From: the human T2T-CHM13v2.0 reference genome, Homo sapiens
Reading direction: 5' to 3' (one strand)
Assembly (NCBI RefSeq): GCF_009914755.1
Contig: NC_060934.1
DNA: 64,000 bases
The notes beneath the pieces are model-generated. The model was not told the DNA's origin and made no database searches. It saw only the letters and a program-made list of their open reading frames with translations. The position numbers were made by a program, and so were the translations under genes. This document shows positions 22,895-36,683 of the stretch, one piece after another (the stretch's first letter is position 1; every line of letters starts with the position of its first letter).

Positions 22895-25129
22895 AGTTCA
22901 CCCTAAACTCTTAGCAAAGCTTCCAGAAAAAAACAGCCTCATCCCCTTTTGCTGTGAGGCCCCCTTCTCCAGGGCTTCTCCCCTTGCCTCTTCTCCAAGT
23001 GCCCAGGGACCCTGCTCTGCCTATCTGTGTCTGCCCAGAACTTCTCATCTCCCACCTCTCCCCAGTTCACACCACTCCCTTTGTTTATGCCCCATCTACA
23101 CCTGCCTGAAGCTGATACAGCCTCCTGGCTAGTCCTCCTTCCCCTGGTCTCTGCACTCTCATATGCACCCTGCCACCAGCATGGGCTTTCCAAAGCAGTG
23201 ATCTGGCCACAGCCAGCCCTGCTTAAAGCCTCCATGGCTTTCTATGTGTAGAAAGTCCTGGGCCTGGCTTAAACTTCCAGCTCATCCTCTCATACATGCA
23301 GCACTTCCTGGCTCCCCAGGCTCCTCCCTGGAGTTCCCATTTTTTAGGCAGACACTCTCATGTCACATTTCCTTTCCTGCCCAACTTGACCTGGACCTTG
23401 ACCTTGAGGGCAGGGACTGTGGCTTCTCCACCATTCCCTCCTTGCAAAGCCTGCACTCTGGCCCTCAACATGGTTCTCGGGTGCAACTGCTGAATACAGT
23501 GCTAATAATAAGACAATGAAAGATTGGGCAAAATATGTACAGATGCTAACTATTCTTTTCCCATTTCATTATTTTTCTAACCATGGAGGAGGATGGAGAG
23601 GAAGAAAAGCAATTAGAGTGGATAAGTTGCCTTCAAAATTCATTAGCTGTTTCCAACCCACACTGTTGCTACCTCACATGCCAGCTCAGAAAAAAGACCT
23701 CAAGCTGGGCCGAAACTAAAGAGAAAATGAGAACGTGCCGGTCTCAGAAATAAACATGCGTTGTCACCTCCAACGCAGACGAATCATGACGAGACCAACT
23801 CGCTGTTAAGTCACCCGCCTCCCGGGGCTTTTCAGTTGTCTCCCTGGCAGGCTTGTAGGCCGTCCCTCGTAGGGGAGACCAGTCTGATGAGGTTTTTCTT
23901 TTCCAGAGGACGTGCCTTTCAACAGGAGAACTTTCCAGAAGGAAAGCAGCCAGGTGTTTGTGGCAGGCTGGGGTGTTTTAGAGCAGCTGTAGTCTGTCCG
24001 AGCACCTGGCTGGGCACCTGCACCTGACAGATAGTTCTCTGAAACCTTGTTTGTGTCCATCCTCATGAGAGCCCCCTGTGCTGTCTCAGGTGGACACAGG
24101 CCTGCACCGCAGCATGGTCCTCCTCAGCAGGCAGGGCTGAGCCAGGAAGCGGAGGAAAAGAGGAAACCGCAGGGGCTGCAGGCGGCAAAGGCCTCCTGGC
24201 GCTCGGCTGCTTCTCCCGGGGCTAGCTCCCCTCCCGCTTTGTGCCTTCCCTCTGATCTATCTGCTCCAAACGCCCCTCAATTCCCACCCCAACCCCCAGC
24301 CCCCTTGCCAAGCAGGGGGAGTGTGGTCACCTGAAGTGACAGTTTCTGGTGCAGGCAGTATCACTACTGCAACCATATGCACCATGAAGACAGGACAAAG
24401 ACAGCCCCCAGCAGATTTTTTTTCCCCTCACCTTTTCCCGGTATAGGACAGAGAATCAAAATAGAACAAAAATAAAAAGCGTATTTAGGGCAAGTGTCCA
24501 ATGTGCTTAAAATTAGAAAACATCAGAGCTGCAAGAAGCCTTTGAAGTTAACCGTGCCAGCTGATTCACCAATAGAAACATGGAGGTGCAGGGCAGGGCG
24601 GGGGGGGCTACTCAGGGTCAGTGGCCAATACCCTTGGAGCCAGGACCTGAAGCCAGGTCACCTGTGCTTGTGGAGCTTGTCCCCCATGCAGGGCCCCAGG
24701 GAAAAGCAATCCCCACCGAGAGCCAAGGCTGAGCTGAGCACAGTCCCAGTCCCCACTTCTCCCCAGACAGGTACCAGGCCGAGCCTCTCCGTCCCCTACT
24801 AGGGATTTCAGTTGGGAGTCCCCAGCCAGCCTCCCCACTAGTCCCCATTCATTCATTTGGCAAATAAGCTGAGCTCGTGCCACCATGTGCCAGGCACCCT
24901 GCTAGGCAATGGTGATTTGCTGCTAACAGAAGTGGCCCTGGCCTCAGGGAGGCTGCAATCTCATGGAGACAGAGCTCAACTGGTAAAGAAACAGACTTCC
25001 GCGATCACCTTGTGATGCATGCAATGGAGAAAAGGAGTGGGTGGAGAGAGAAGACAGTCAGAGTAAAGCAAGCCCTGGAGCAAGTCTCCCCGACCCCAGA
25101 GGGCACGAAGGAGGGAGTGGTGACGAGCC

Positions 25130-25312
25130 CTGGTGGCTCTCCAACCGGACCCCACAAACACCCACCTGGAGGGCCTGAGAAACACACCATGGCCCCGTAC
25201 CCAGAGTTTCTGATTCAGGAGGTCTGGGACTGGCAGAGCGTTTGCATTTCTGACAAGTTCCCAGGGGCTGTGGCTGCTGCTCATCCAGGCACCAGGCTTC
25301 TCGGGACCCTGC
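25130..25312. mobile_element. MER5A (hAT-Charlie) remnant
   Basis: cccagagtttctgattcag...gtctggg...tttgcatttctgacaagttcccagg. Confidence 0.7.
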
Positions 25313-28300
25313 TCTGAGGCAGGCTCACTGGCCCCTCTGAGCACCCCTCAGGGTAGGGTGTGCTGCGGAACAGTGGCGGGGGCTGGCCAGAGGCAGAGGG
25401 GTCTGTGCTGCCCCTGCATCCGGGTGCCACAGGAAGGCGGTGAATGACTCCAGCAGGGTGTGCCGGGGCCCAGGGTGCCTTACAAAGCTGCCCTCCCAGG
25501 GCTGTGGCAGGGCTGGGATTCACATCTGGAGGGAAACCGGCTTCTCCTCCCAGAAATGAAAATTCACCTCTATAAGGAGGGTTTCTGATTGCCTGGCTCT
25601 TTCTCTGGTGTGTGAGTTCTCCAGGGACTGAAGATTAAGGGACAATCTGTTACTGCTGCACCCCTCCTGTCCACTGAGCCTGCCCCTGGGGATCTCCTCT
25701 GAGCAGAGGCACCTGCTAAGCTACTGTCTTGTCATCCTCAGCAAAACGCAAAATTGAGCATAAAAGCCCAGGCCTCCTGCCAGCAAAACCCTTTGCTTTT
25801 AGGAGCCAGCTAGGGAAGGCAAAAACTCCCTGAGTGTCAAACGCCAGCAGACCCAGGATTGAACCTTGAGCCTGCCTGATACCAGCTATGGATGGGAGAA
25901 CTAACCTCTGTGAGCCTCAGTCTTCCCACCTGTAAAACAGGGATGGATTTCAGGGGATCTCTAATGAGACGATGCATTGAAAGGGCTTGGGACAGGGGCT
26001 GGCAGTAATGAACAAAGGTTAGATCCCTTTCACCTCTCACAGATGGAGTTTTAGAAACCTTTTATCACGAAGACTCAAGCATACACAACACAGGGAGGAT
26101 CACGATGGTGCCCATGAACTTATGGCTCAGTTTCAGCTGTGCTCTCCAGTTCACAGTCGGAGTGCTGACCCGCAGCAGGAGGGCAGGGGCACACCCTCCC
26201 TTCTGTGTGGGAGAAACTATCCAAGGGCTTGCCCCCAGGGCGCTGGATGGGAGTCGGCACACTCTGCATGGTACAAAGTGCCCGGTAGCAAGCAGACTGT
26301 ACGTGCATATTAGATATTAGCTCTTCTGCAGCAAGAAACACTATTTAAAGCTATTAAAATAAACTGTGCCTTGGGTCAGGAGTTCCCCCCTGCCCTGCCT
26401 CTCCCTGTCCATCTAAACCCAGCCCAGCTTAAGCCGCTTCCTCCTAGGAGTCCCCAGTGCAAAGCCCACACCTGCCCCACTTTTCCCAGTCCTTTTCAGG
26501 CAGCCTCCTGCAGAGAGAACTCAGTGGTCCCAGGGCCTGCAGGGGAGGGCTCTGGCACCTTCTACGACCACATTAGCCGGATACCTTGCCCCTCACTGTC
26601 CTCATCTGCTGACAGTGACAATGACTGACTCCTGTCTTCCCACCCACCTATCGGGTTTGTTTTGAGAGTCACGCAGGATCACCAAGAGGAGAAAGTTTCA
26701 AAAGGCACAATGTGGTAGAAACGCCCAGGTGGAGACACAGGCCTCATTCCAAGCACACAACTGGTCACAGCACCGTCCTGCACCTTCTCTCTTGGACCAG
26801 GGCCTGCCACGCTGTGGGTGCAGAGTAGCAACCACTGAAGATCAGATGGTTGGGGAAATGTTGAAGCCAAACACACATCTAGGGGAAGCTGGGTTAAAAG
26901 GCCTAGATTTGGGTCCTAGATCCTCTGCTTACTGGCTGTGACTCCAGAGGAAGGCTGCCTCCCTGAGCCTCAGTTTTCCCAGTAGTAAGCCCCAGGCATG
27001 GGAGGGCCTGTGTTAAGGTGTAGTGCCAGGTTGGTGCTGAGTCTACACTGGCTGAATCCATCACTTCCCATCCGTACTCTGACCAGCACACACAGCCTCC
27101 TCGGCAGGCTCCACCTGGTGGCTCTTGTCTACCAGGAGGCACTTGGGCAGAGAAGGGAGCCAGGCAAACTGGGTCACCTGGCCGGCTGGGGCCGGGAACC
27201 ACCAATGCCTTCCTCCTCCTCATCCCTCCCTCAGTCAGGGTGCTGGCCTCAGACAAGCCTTGAAGGCCGTGCACCAAGCTCTTCCTTCCCTGAAAGGAGG
27301 CCCCTATCAAAGATGGGACAACACTCCTATTTGGTTCCTCTTGGATTTTCCTTGGACTTTTCCCTCAAGATTCATTCCTGGAGGGGTCCTGCACCCCCTG
27401 ACCCTCAGGGGACAAAGGTGCACCCTTGCTTCCCACACTAAAGTAGGCAAATCCCCCAGCCATGCTTTAAATTCACCTGGAGACAGTCTCCTGACGATGT
27501 CACACATTTTGTTTGTAATTACAGTTGTTTAGGATTCCAATTATATCATTTAATAATGCTGGGGAATTTCCTCTCTTTGCTTTGCATTTATAAATACTGG
27601 CTGATTAAGTGAGAGCATGAGTGCCAGCCAAAGAAGTGAGCTCGGAGCCACGAATCCCTGTAAAGGGAAATTATCTCATGGTCATGCACTGGGGGAGACA
27701 CAGCCAGGCCTGTCTGTTCAGATTCGCCTCTGTGCCCCCGGATCTTCAGAGATTAGGATGTACAGGGAGGGCACCTCTGCTCTGAGCATTTTATGGCCAG
27801 CTTCAGAGGAGGAGGGGACAGGGAGGCAAGAATGGCCTTTCTGCTTCTGCTGTTTTCTCAAATGCCAAGCTGTTATATTTGGGGGCAGTGTGCCTTGAAC
27901 CCCATCAATAGTGATGGCAGTTCAGCATCTTAGAAAGATGCCTGGTGCAACGGATCAAGGTGAGAAGGGGTCTGGGGAGGGGCTGTCTCCCAGAGAGAGG
28001 GAAGCTGTGCAGGTGGAGGTTACAATGAAAGGGCCAGTGGCTGAATCAGGGCAATAGCAGAGGGTAGAACAGTGGAGCTCTCTAGAAATACTGGGAAAAA
28101 GAGGGAAAAGGACTCGTGGGTGGATTGAATCAGGCATGGTAGGATGATGGGGAAACCCAGTCCGCGAGCACGTTCCCCGATTTGTGTGCCAACCTCGGCA
28201 TTTGACTCATAATAGCCCTGGCTCTGAGCTGCTGCTATTACTGTTTATGCCAGGACTGAAGGTCCTCCATGCGAGGCCTGCAGGATGGAAGAGCCACCTG

Positions 28301-28629
28301 CACCAGGAAAGTGTAGATGTGGCACGAAATGGGCCTGGCCTGAGTCACAGCTGCAACTTGATTCGTGTCTGTCAGCACACTGGGCACCCCTCTCTGCTCA
28401 GCATCATGATCAGTGCTGGAAGAAACCACAACCCCACCTTGAGGCGTCATGCCAGCGCCCCTTTCCTCCTGCCAGCCCCAGCCCTGAGACCGCCCTCAGG
28501 GAGCTGCCTTGAGGACCGGGTGGGCTGCCCTGCCTGCTCTCTCAGACTCACTCCGTAGGGGTCCAGGGCCAAGAGTCACAGCTGAGAGTGGTTCTGGGTC
28601 ACGAAGCCGGGTCGACAAGCTGTGCTGGT

Positions 28630-28933
28630 CAAGCCACACACAAATAGAGTTTCTCCGAGACCCTGTGTCCCCTGTGACGGTGGCCACAGAGCCATTGAGT
28701 CATTCCCCCTTTGACAATCATGGCCCTCTCCCCGACTGCTCTCTTCATCAAACCCAAGCACAAACACGCACAGGTTTCCCGTTTCTCCGGGTCTCCGTTT
28801 CCTTATGAAGGCTCCCTCCCGGGTTACATGAAATTTACGTTAAACAAGTATGTGTGCTTTCTCGCGTTAGTCTTTTATTATAGGTGCCTCAGCCATGAAC
28901 ACAGTAGTGAGATATTCCTTTTCCACTCCTACA
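28630..28933 (+). mobile_element. ERV1-type LTR 3' portion (MER34-like)
   Basis: tttcccgtttctccgggtctcc...gaaggctccc...ataggtgcctcagccatgaac...ttccactcctaca end; 5' boundary uncertain. Confidence 0.55.
28874..28879 (-). terminator. AATAAA poly(A) signal for the extended exon-6 isoform, inside an LTR
   Basis: First canonical AATAAA I found downstream of the read-through stop at 30284; CA dinucleotides about 20 nt downstream, then TTGTTT. Confidence 0.55.
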
Positions 28934-30283
28934 CTATCTTCTGCTTAAAACCCTCTGAGGGGTCCCATCTCTCTCAGGGTGATGTCTAGACTTCTTCTGA
29001 GGCTAGACCAGGTGGTGCGGCCCCATGTGCCACGCACCCAAGCCCCCTGCCTCAGTGCCCCCCATCTCCCACACCAGGCGGCTGGCTGCGTTCTGTATGG
29101 TAGGTGGTGCTGACCACTGGGCCTCTGCACACGCTGCTCTCAGTTCCCTGGCCAACTCTCCTTCAGGCCTCAGCACAGACATTCCCTCTCCTAAGAACCT
29201 GCCTGAAGCCCCGTTCTCAGGTGGTTCTCTGGTGGCCAGAGCTCCCTGCCCAGCCTCCATCTTCTCTCCCCGCCAGCTGCACAGGAAGGCAAGGACCACA
29301 CCTGTCCTGGCATTGCTGTGGCCCCAGGACCCAGCGTCATGCAGGGGACATAGTGGCAAGAATGAACGCAGGAATGCAAGACAGACCCATCACAACAGCC
29401 TGGTACAGCAGCATTATTACCCCATTGTATGACAAAGCAACTGAGTCTCAGAAAGGCTGAGACAACTGCCTAGAGTCACAGAGCCAGCAAATGGCCAAGC
29501 TGGAAACCTGACCCACACCAATGGCTGGTTCCAAAGTGTACTCCTCCTACCTGGCACCAGAGCAGGCTCTGGGGTTACCTGTGTCCCTGTGGCATCTTCC
29601 TTGCCAAACTACAAAGTCCAACAGGGCAGCCTGGAATCCCACCTGCTGCCCCTGCATGCTGCCTCCCAGATCCCACGGCCTCTGTAGTAAGAAAGAGGGG
29701 GCAGAGCCTCTTGGCCTGAAGTCCCACCACCTGGGGGCTTCCAAGACTCCACAGCAGGCCTGTTGGTGCCTTGCTATGCGAGACGCTGAGCAGAGCAAGG
29801 CTTGTAAAGCCACTCTGGAACACGCAGCGGCAATGCTCGCTGCATAAGCCCTGCTGTTGAAGTACACAGCCAGCCCAGGGAGCCCAGCATGGAAAACTAT
29901 CCCGGGGCTAAAAGGTGCTGAATTCACCAATAACAGCTTTTTGCATTCAAAAAGGCTAGAAATTTACAGACATAGTTCTGAAGGAAGAACAAGAGATACG
30001 ATTGAGGAATCAACAGAAAATGTTTTTCAATTGAGACTCTGTCAAAGAAGCATTGAAAATCATTGATGGGTAGTTTTTTAAACCAACAAAACAATCCACC
30101 GCTCAAGAGAATGCTCTTAAGACAATTTGAGAGTTGGGTGTCCTCGTGTCTGCCGATTCTAATTGCTGGGTGTCTTGCTAAATGGTAATCTTCCTAAAGG
30201 CACCCTCATCCTCCTGCTGAGGGAGGAGGGGGAGGTGGCAGGTGACCAGCAGGGAGGAAGGCAGGAGCCAGACCAAGAGCCCA

Positions 30284-30457
30284 TCAGTTTTCAGCTTTTA
30301 CATCCATGAATAATGGGGAACAGCATTTGCACATTAAAACGCTTCTCTCTGTTCCTATGCTGAAACGCAAACCCACAATGCCGCTTGCATAATAACAACA
30401 AACCAGCTCCTTCTGCCAGGGGCCAGCTCGGGGGGTACGGGGGGGGGGGGTACACAC
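30284..30457 (-). CDS. CHST15: Read-through extension of exon 6: alternative C-terminus (57 aa, 506-aa isoform)
   Basis: The frame stays open past the weak donor: VCTPPPRTPRAGPWQKELVCC...MDVKAEN*. This matches my recollection of a shorter annotated CHST15 isoform. Confidence 0.65.
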   Translation of the reverse strand: MCTPPPRTPRAGPWQKELVCCYYASGIVGLRFSIGTERSVLMCKCCSPLFMDVKAEN

Positions 30458-30614
30458 AGGCATGGCGTTGTTGAGGGTGTTGTTGTAGACGCAGGCGCGC
30501 AGTGAATAATCAAGCATGCAATTTTCAAACAGCTGCAGTGCTTCTGTCACTTTCTCATGGAAGTCGTCCGCGGATTTATTCGAACTTGCAAAGTAGAGAT
30601 AGTCTGAGTACAAC
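30458..30614 (-). CDS. CHST15: CHST15 exon 6 (157 bp)
   Basis: Acceptor tttattcacag|G; (R)LYSDYLYFASSNKSADDFHEKV...NNTLNNAMP; weak donor CCT|GTGTGT; frame continuous with exons 5 and 7. Confidence 0.95.
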
Positions 30615-31392
30615 CTGTGAATAAAATAAATGCATATTTTTACCACCCATGAACATGCAATCACACCATTTGGGCGACAATGAAAATCAGTGTACAATTA
30701 CATTATCTAGTTTTCCTGATTGAAGCACAACCACCCTTCTTCTTTCCCTTGCAGATGAGCCACCTCCCTCATCCCTCCGAGCTCCCGCCCTTCTCGTGGC
30801 CACCTAAGCTCTTCCAGACCCAGACATGTCTATACTGGCCCCACACAAACCACCAGCCGCTTTTATGGTGTTGCTTGTTCTATCATCTCAGGCAGCCTCT
30901 GTTTTCACAGTAACAGGGAGCTTCAAACAATACCAGATTACAAAAATGGTACACTAGCAAAGAGAAGCCATGAAAATTTTATGCACCTTCTCATTCCTCT
31001 CTCCTCTACTGAAGGGAACAAAAATAAGAGCATCTGTTGCTCTCACAATATTACAATTCCGCATGAAATTCCCACTACTTTGCATACGCATTCCTGACAT
31101 TGAAAAAAAAATGATGAGATGTATCTTTCTAGGTTGGTAGGGACCTTGTTTTTAACACGATGTAAAAGCACCCCCACATATGCACAGGAATACCTGCAGA
31201 CTTACACGTTTACCCGTGGACACAGATCTGTTCCTAGACACCACACACACGTATGGCAGAATGCTGCCGCACGGGAACTGATCGTCTTCCTTGACCCACT
31301 TCAGGCTCCTCTGTATCCTCCTCCCAACTAGACCTTAACTTTTTTACCTCCAGGTCCATCTCTGCACCACCCTATTTTAGCAAGAATCCTGC

Positions 31393-31785
31393 TGTTAAAT
31401 AAAATGTATGAGAGGCTACTGTTCTGGACTGAGCTTCTGCAATAGGCCCCCACAGGCCAGAACAGAGTCATCTGTGCTAGGTGCCACGTAATTGAACTGA
31501 ACTCGGAATGGGCCAGTTTCCAAAAAACCAGGGGATACACAGCAACCAGTCAGACGTCCCCTTTGCTTTAACCCTAGAAGGAAAGTCACTCTGAAATGAA
31601 CAATCCACTCTCCGTTGCCTGTTTTTGCTTCTTCAGCCCGTTTCTGCCTATAAAGCCAGAACCTGGCTGGGCCCACAGGAGCACCTTCGTATTACAGGAA
31701 TGGGATGCTGCCCTGTTCATGGACCGTGCTAATAAACACCAGTGAGATCTCTAAACTAAATTTGTCAAAATATTGTTTGTTGACA
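31393..31785 (+). mobile_element. ERV1 solo LTR (MER57-like) nested in a MER31-like LTR
   Basis: TG...CA ends, 4-bp TSD ctgc (31389-31392 / 31786-31789), TATA-like cctataaag and AATAAA. Confidence 0.65.
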
Positions 31786-31971
31786 CTGCTATGCTGGTTT
31801 AGCCAGAATCCCCCACCCTTGGTTAACTGACCACCCTTCTTATCTGATCAGGTTCCTAGTCCACCACCCCCAGGAGATGCCTGGCCACCTGGCCTGTCTC
31901 CAGCAAGAATCCCATCGGGTTGGTTTAGCCAGAATCCCCACCCCTTCCCCCTTGATGTTTCCCCTTAGTAA

Positions 31972-32277
<306 letters not shown>

Positions 32278-32404
32278 TAAAATCCCTACTTTTCCTAGTT
32301 GTATTCGGAGTCTCTCTCCTCTACTGAAAAACTGTCATGGCAGTCCCTATACCTACCACAATGGTCCTGAAGAAGGCCTGCATTGCCATTTTAATAAATG
32401 TCAG

Positions 32405-32710
<306 letters not shown>

Positions 32711-33047
32711 TTATCTTCAACAGAACATTCAGGGTGTGAGTTTCCTACTCTTTTTTCTCCTCTATCTCTCCTTGCAGCCCTTTTTGTCTGTTTTCAACCT
32801 TCCTGCCATATGTCCCACTCTCTTCTTGCACACACACCTGCATCTCTGGGCCAAGGGTGAAACTGGGCTTATGAAAAACATGGCCTACGTGGCTCCACAG
32901 GGTCACACTTCTCTCTCCTCAAAGCTCTATACTTTCTATTCCTTCAACTTCTCCAACCTGGCTTCCCCTCTTTCCAGGGAAGGCAATTCTGTGACTCTCA
33001 TTCTGCACCCATGCATCCAGGTATCTGACATCCATATTTCCGTCTTC

Positions 33048-33464
<417 letters not shown>

Positions 33465-34789
33465 TGAGGTCATGATATGAGGAGCAGCATTTCTTAGGGA
33501 CAGGCCCAGAAGCTATCCACCTCCGTAGCCCACCTTGGCACATCGGGTGCCTCTGACACAGCCCTCTAGAATTCATCCACGGCCAATGTCCACAGAGGAC
33601 ACCTCTTGGAAGTCTTGAGCAGTTTGAGATCTACCCACAGAGTTCCTAGAATCAAAACACCCACCGGAACAGGAGTGTTCCATCTACCACAGCCTGGCCA
33701 GCCAAACTGTCCAAAGAGACAGTCAGCAAAGGGGCTCGGTGGCCACTGAGTAGATTTCCCCAGATCCACACTCGCCTGAGAATATTCCCCAAGACAACAC
33801 CACATCAGCTTATTACTGGTGTCCCCAACATCACCTGTGCTATTTTCCTTCTTCAGAATTAGAAGACACATCAAAACTGAAACACGGCATCTGTCGCCAT
33901 AGGGTCGCTCATGGTTACTATGACCTAAATGGCTGGTCAATAAGTGCCAAAATCAGACACGCGTGAACCTTCAAGCAAGGTTTGGCTGTGTGCACTGAGG
34001 GGTGCCAGGTGGCAATTGGTCTGAGGGGTACCCTTCCTGGCTCACACATTTCCTATGAGTCCTGTCAATAATATGGCTCAGCCCAAGAAACTACGTCAAT
34101 GAAAAGTAACAGATGCTTCTGAAACTGTCATAAAATCCCACGTTAAATAAGTATTCGAAGCCCAGTTTTTACCAAAGATGCCCACAGAACTACCCAAATT
34201 GTTTGGTGGAACTGGAATTCCATCACATAAATTACCTCACACAAACCCAAACACTGGCTGAAGGTTTCCATACTGAGAATTTTCTTTGTGGTAATAACAT
34301 TTCTTGCAGATATTTGGCTCATAAATAAAACAAAAGCACCTAAGCTTGTCTTGATTTTAAATACAAAGTCACTTCATGAGGAATCTGCTGATTCCATACA
34401 ATTCTTCAGAGATCAAGAAGTAATCCCTAGGAAAAACTGGGACATACCTACTGTTCCAACCAGGCAAGCCCACCCCTAGCAGGTGAAACGGCTGATTTTC
34501 ATCTGTTTGAGGTGGGTTAAAGTGAACTCACTACCTCACTTCCTGTGAGTCACATGTACAGCCTTTGAGAGCCAGGCCACGCTCCTTCCTCGGCTGGATG
34601 AAAAGAGACTCCTTTGGCCTCTCAGTCACCTCTGGGTACTTTGGATCTGCTCAGAGAACTGGCAGTGGGCTTTGGGAGCCCCTCGAACCCCACTGCGAGA
34701 AACTATGCTGGGTCCCTGGCATCCTGCTGTGTCACAGACATCTGAACAGGGACTAGATTCACCACAAGCCATGGCCACCATCTGGATTC

Positions 34790-35239
34790 CGTAGTTGGAT
34801 GGATAGTGGACACCAAAGAATTATGTCCAAGTCTGAAGCCCAGCCCCTGTGAATGTGACCTTTCTTGGAAATAGGGTCTTTGCAGATGTCATTAAGTGTA
34901 GGATCTTAAGACGAGATCCTCCTGGATTTACGGTGGTCCCAAATCCAATGGCAGGTGTCCTTATAAAAAGAGGAGAGGACAGACAGCACCACAGAAAGAC
35001 GGAGACAGAGCCTGGAGTGCGGCGTCTATGAGCCAAGGAACGCCAAGGACTGCTGGAGGCCACCAAGAGCTGGGAGCAGGGGACGGCTTTTATCCCTTAG
35101 GGCCACCAGAGGGAACCAACCCTGCAGACATCTTGATTTAGGACTTCTGGCCTCCAGAATCATAAGAGACTACATTTCTGTTGTTTTAAGAAGCCAAGTT
35201 TGTGGTGATTTATTATGACTGCCCTAGGAAACCAGACAG
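34790..35239 (+). mobile_element. MaLR LTR (MLT1C-like)
   Basis: cctgtgaatgtgacctttcttggaaatagggtctttgcagatgt...ggacttctggcctccagaa...gccctaggaaacc. Confidence 0.75.
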
Positions 35240-36600
35240 ATTTTAAACCCCAATTCTAAGGAAGACCAATTACTCCAAGGAGTTATTTTTGCCAATACTT
35301 CTCTGCCACCCTGAGACCCTGGAACAGTGGCCCTGAGGGTAGGGGAGGACTGGGGTCATGTGGCCACATTTCCCAGAAGGAAGCATGAAGGAAGGCAAAT
35401 GCGGACAGGAGCACTTCCCTTCAGGGGAGCACTCAGACAGGGGAGCACTGAGACGGGGGAGCACTCTTTGGGTTCTCCCCAAGAATTAAGCGAATGCTTC
35501 CTAAGATTGTCTTCAAGTAACAAAGCTATCATTTCCCCCTTGACTACTCTCCAGGGGAAAAGAGTGAGTTAATAATCTTGGGTGGGGGAAAGCCACTCGG
35601 ATAGGTTAAAGCCACTCAGAAAATGCTGAGAACAGCAAACATATCAAGAACAAGTATCCACTGGACGTCAAAAGGCCAGACAGGCACACTGTGGAACAAG
35701 ATGAAACGTACAGAAACAAACTGAAATGTCTACCTTTTAGTCTTCAAAATCCACTATCCCATGAGGAAGTGGGGGAAGGAGACCAATGTAATGGAAAACA
35801 CACAGCTCACGATCAATCATCACAGAACTGCAGGGGCACGGATGCAACCCCAGGATGCATTAACAGGGGCACGGCATGAGGAATGTGGGAGGGTGGAGCC
35901 AGGCGACAGGCAGCTCACGGCCTCAGCGGATGCTTGCTTTCAGTGCTGGGCACCAAACCTGGCTGCTCTCCCTGGAGATGCAAAAACTCAGCAGGAAGGA
36001 GCCCAGTCCCGAACTCCTGAAGGACTGACCAGCGGGCAGAAGGTTCGGGAAGAAAGCCTGGTTGCAGGCAAGGGGAAATACCTCCAGTCAGGGCAGGCTA
36101 ACACGAGGGGATGGTCCTAGAAGGCAGGAGCAGCCTAGGCTGGAGGGAAGGAGGGCTCCAGGATAGCGTGGGGGCCAGGGGACATCATACCCTCCCAGCC
36201 CTGAGTTTCAGGGCTGCCCAGCCCCCTCCAGCTGAGCCACCTCATTTTCTTACTCTCAAACCATCCCGAACAGATGGGTATTACATTTGGCCAGGACTGT
36301 TTCCAACGACAATTCCAAATATAAGTCCAAATGCATTCCAGGCCTTCTGTGCTGCGGTTATTTTAGAAGGCTGTCGGCGCAGCCCCTCACACTGGGCCCG
36401 TGCTCATGGGGTACTGCTCAGCCCCTTTCCTGTGCAGTGCAGGGGTCCTGGGACCCCTGGAGGAGCGGTGGGATGGGAAATGTATGTTAGGGGGCATAGG
36501 GCTCCATCAATCCAGTGCCTCTGAAAGTGACCATGTCTCTCCCCAAGGGACAAAGGAGAGGCCAGCAGTGGCAAGGCCCTACTATGTAAAATCTGGATGA

Positions 36601-36683
36601 TTACAGCCAAGACCACTGCTGGATTCATTCAGGGACACTTACAGCCAAGACCACTGCTGGATTCATTCAGGGACACTTACAGC
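36601..36683. repeat. Perfect 38-bp tandem duplication
   Basis: ttacagccaagaccactgctggattcattcagggacac x2, plus ttacagc. Confidence 0.95.
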
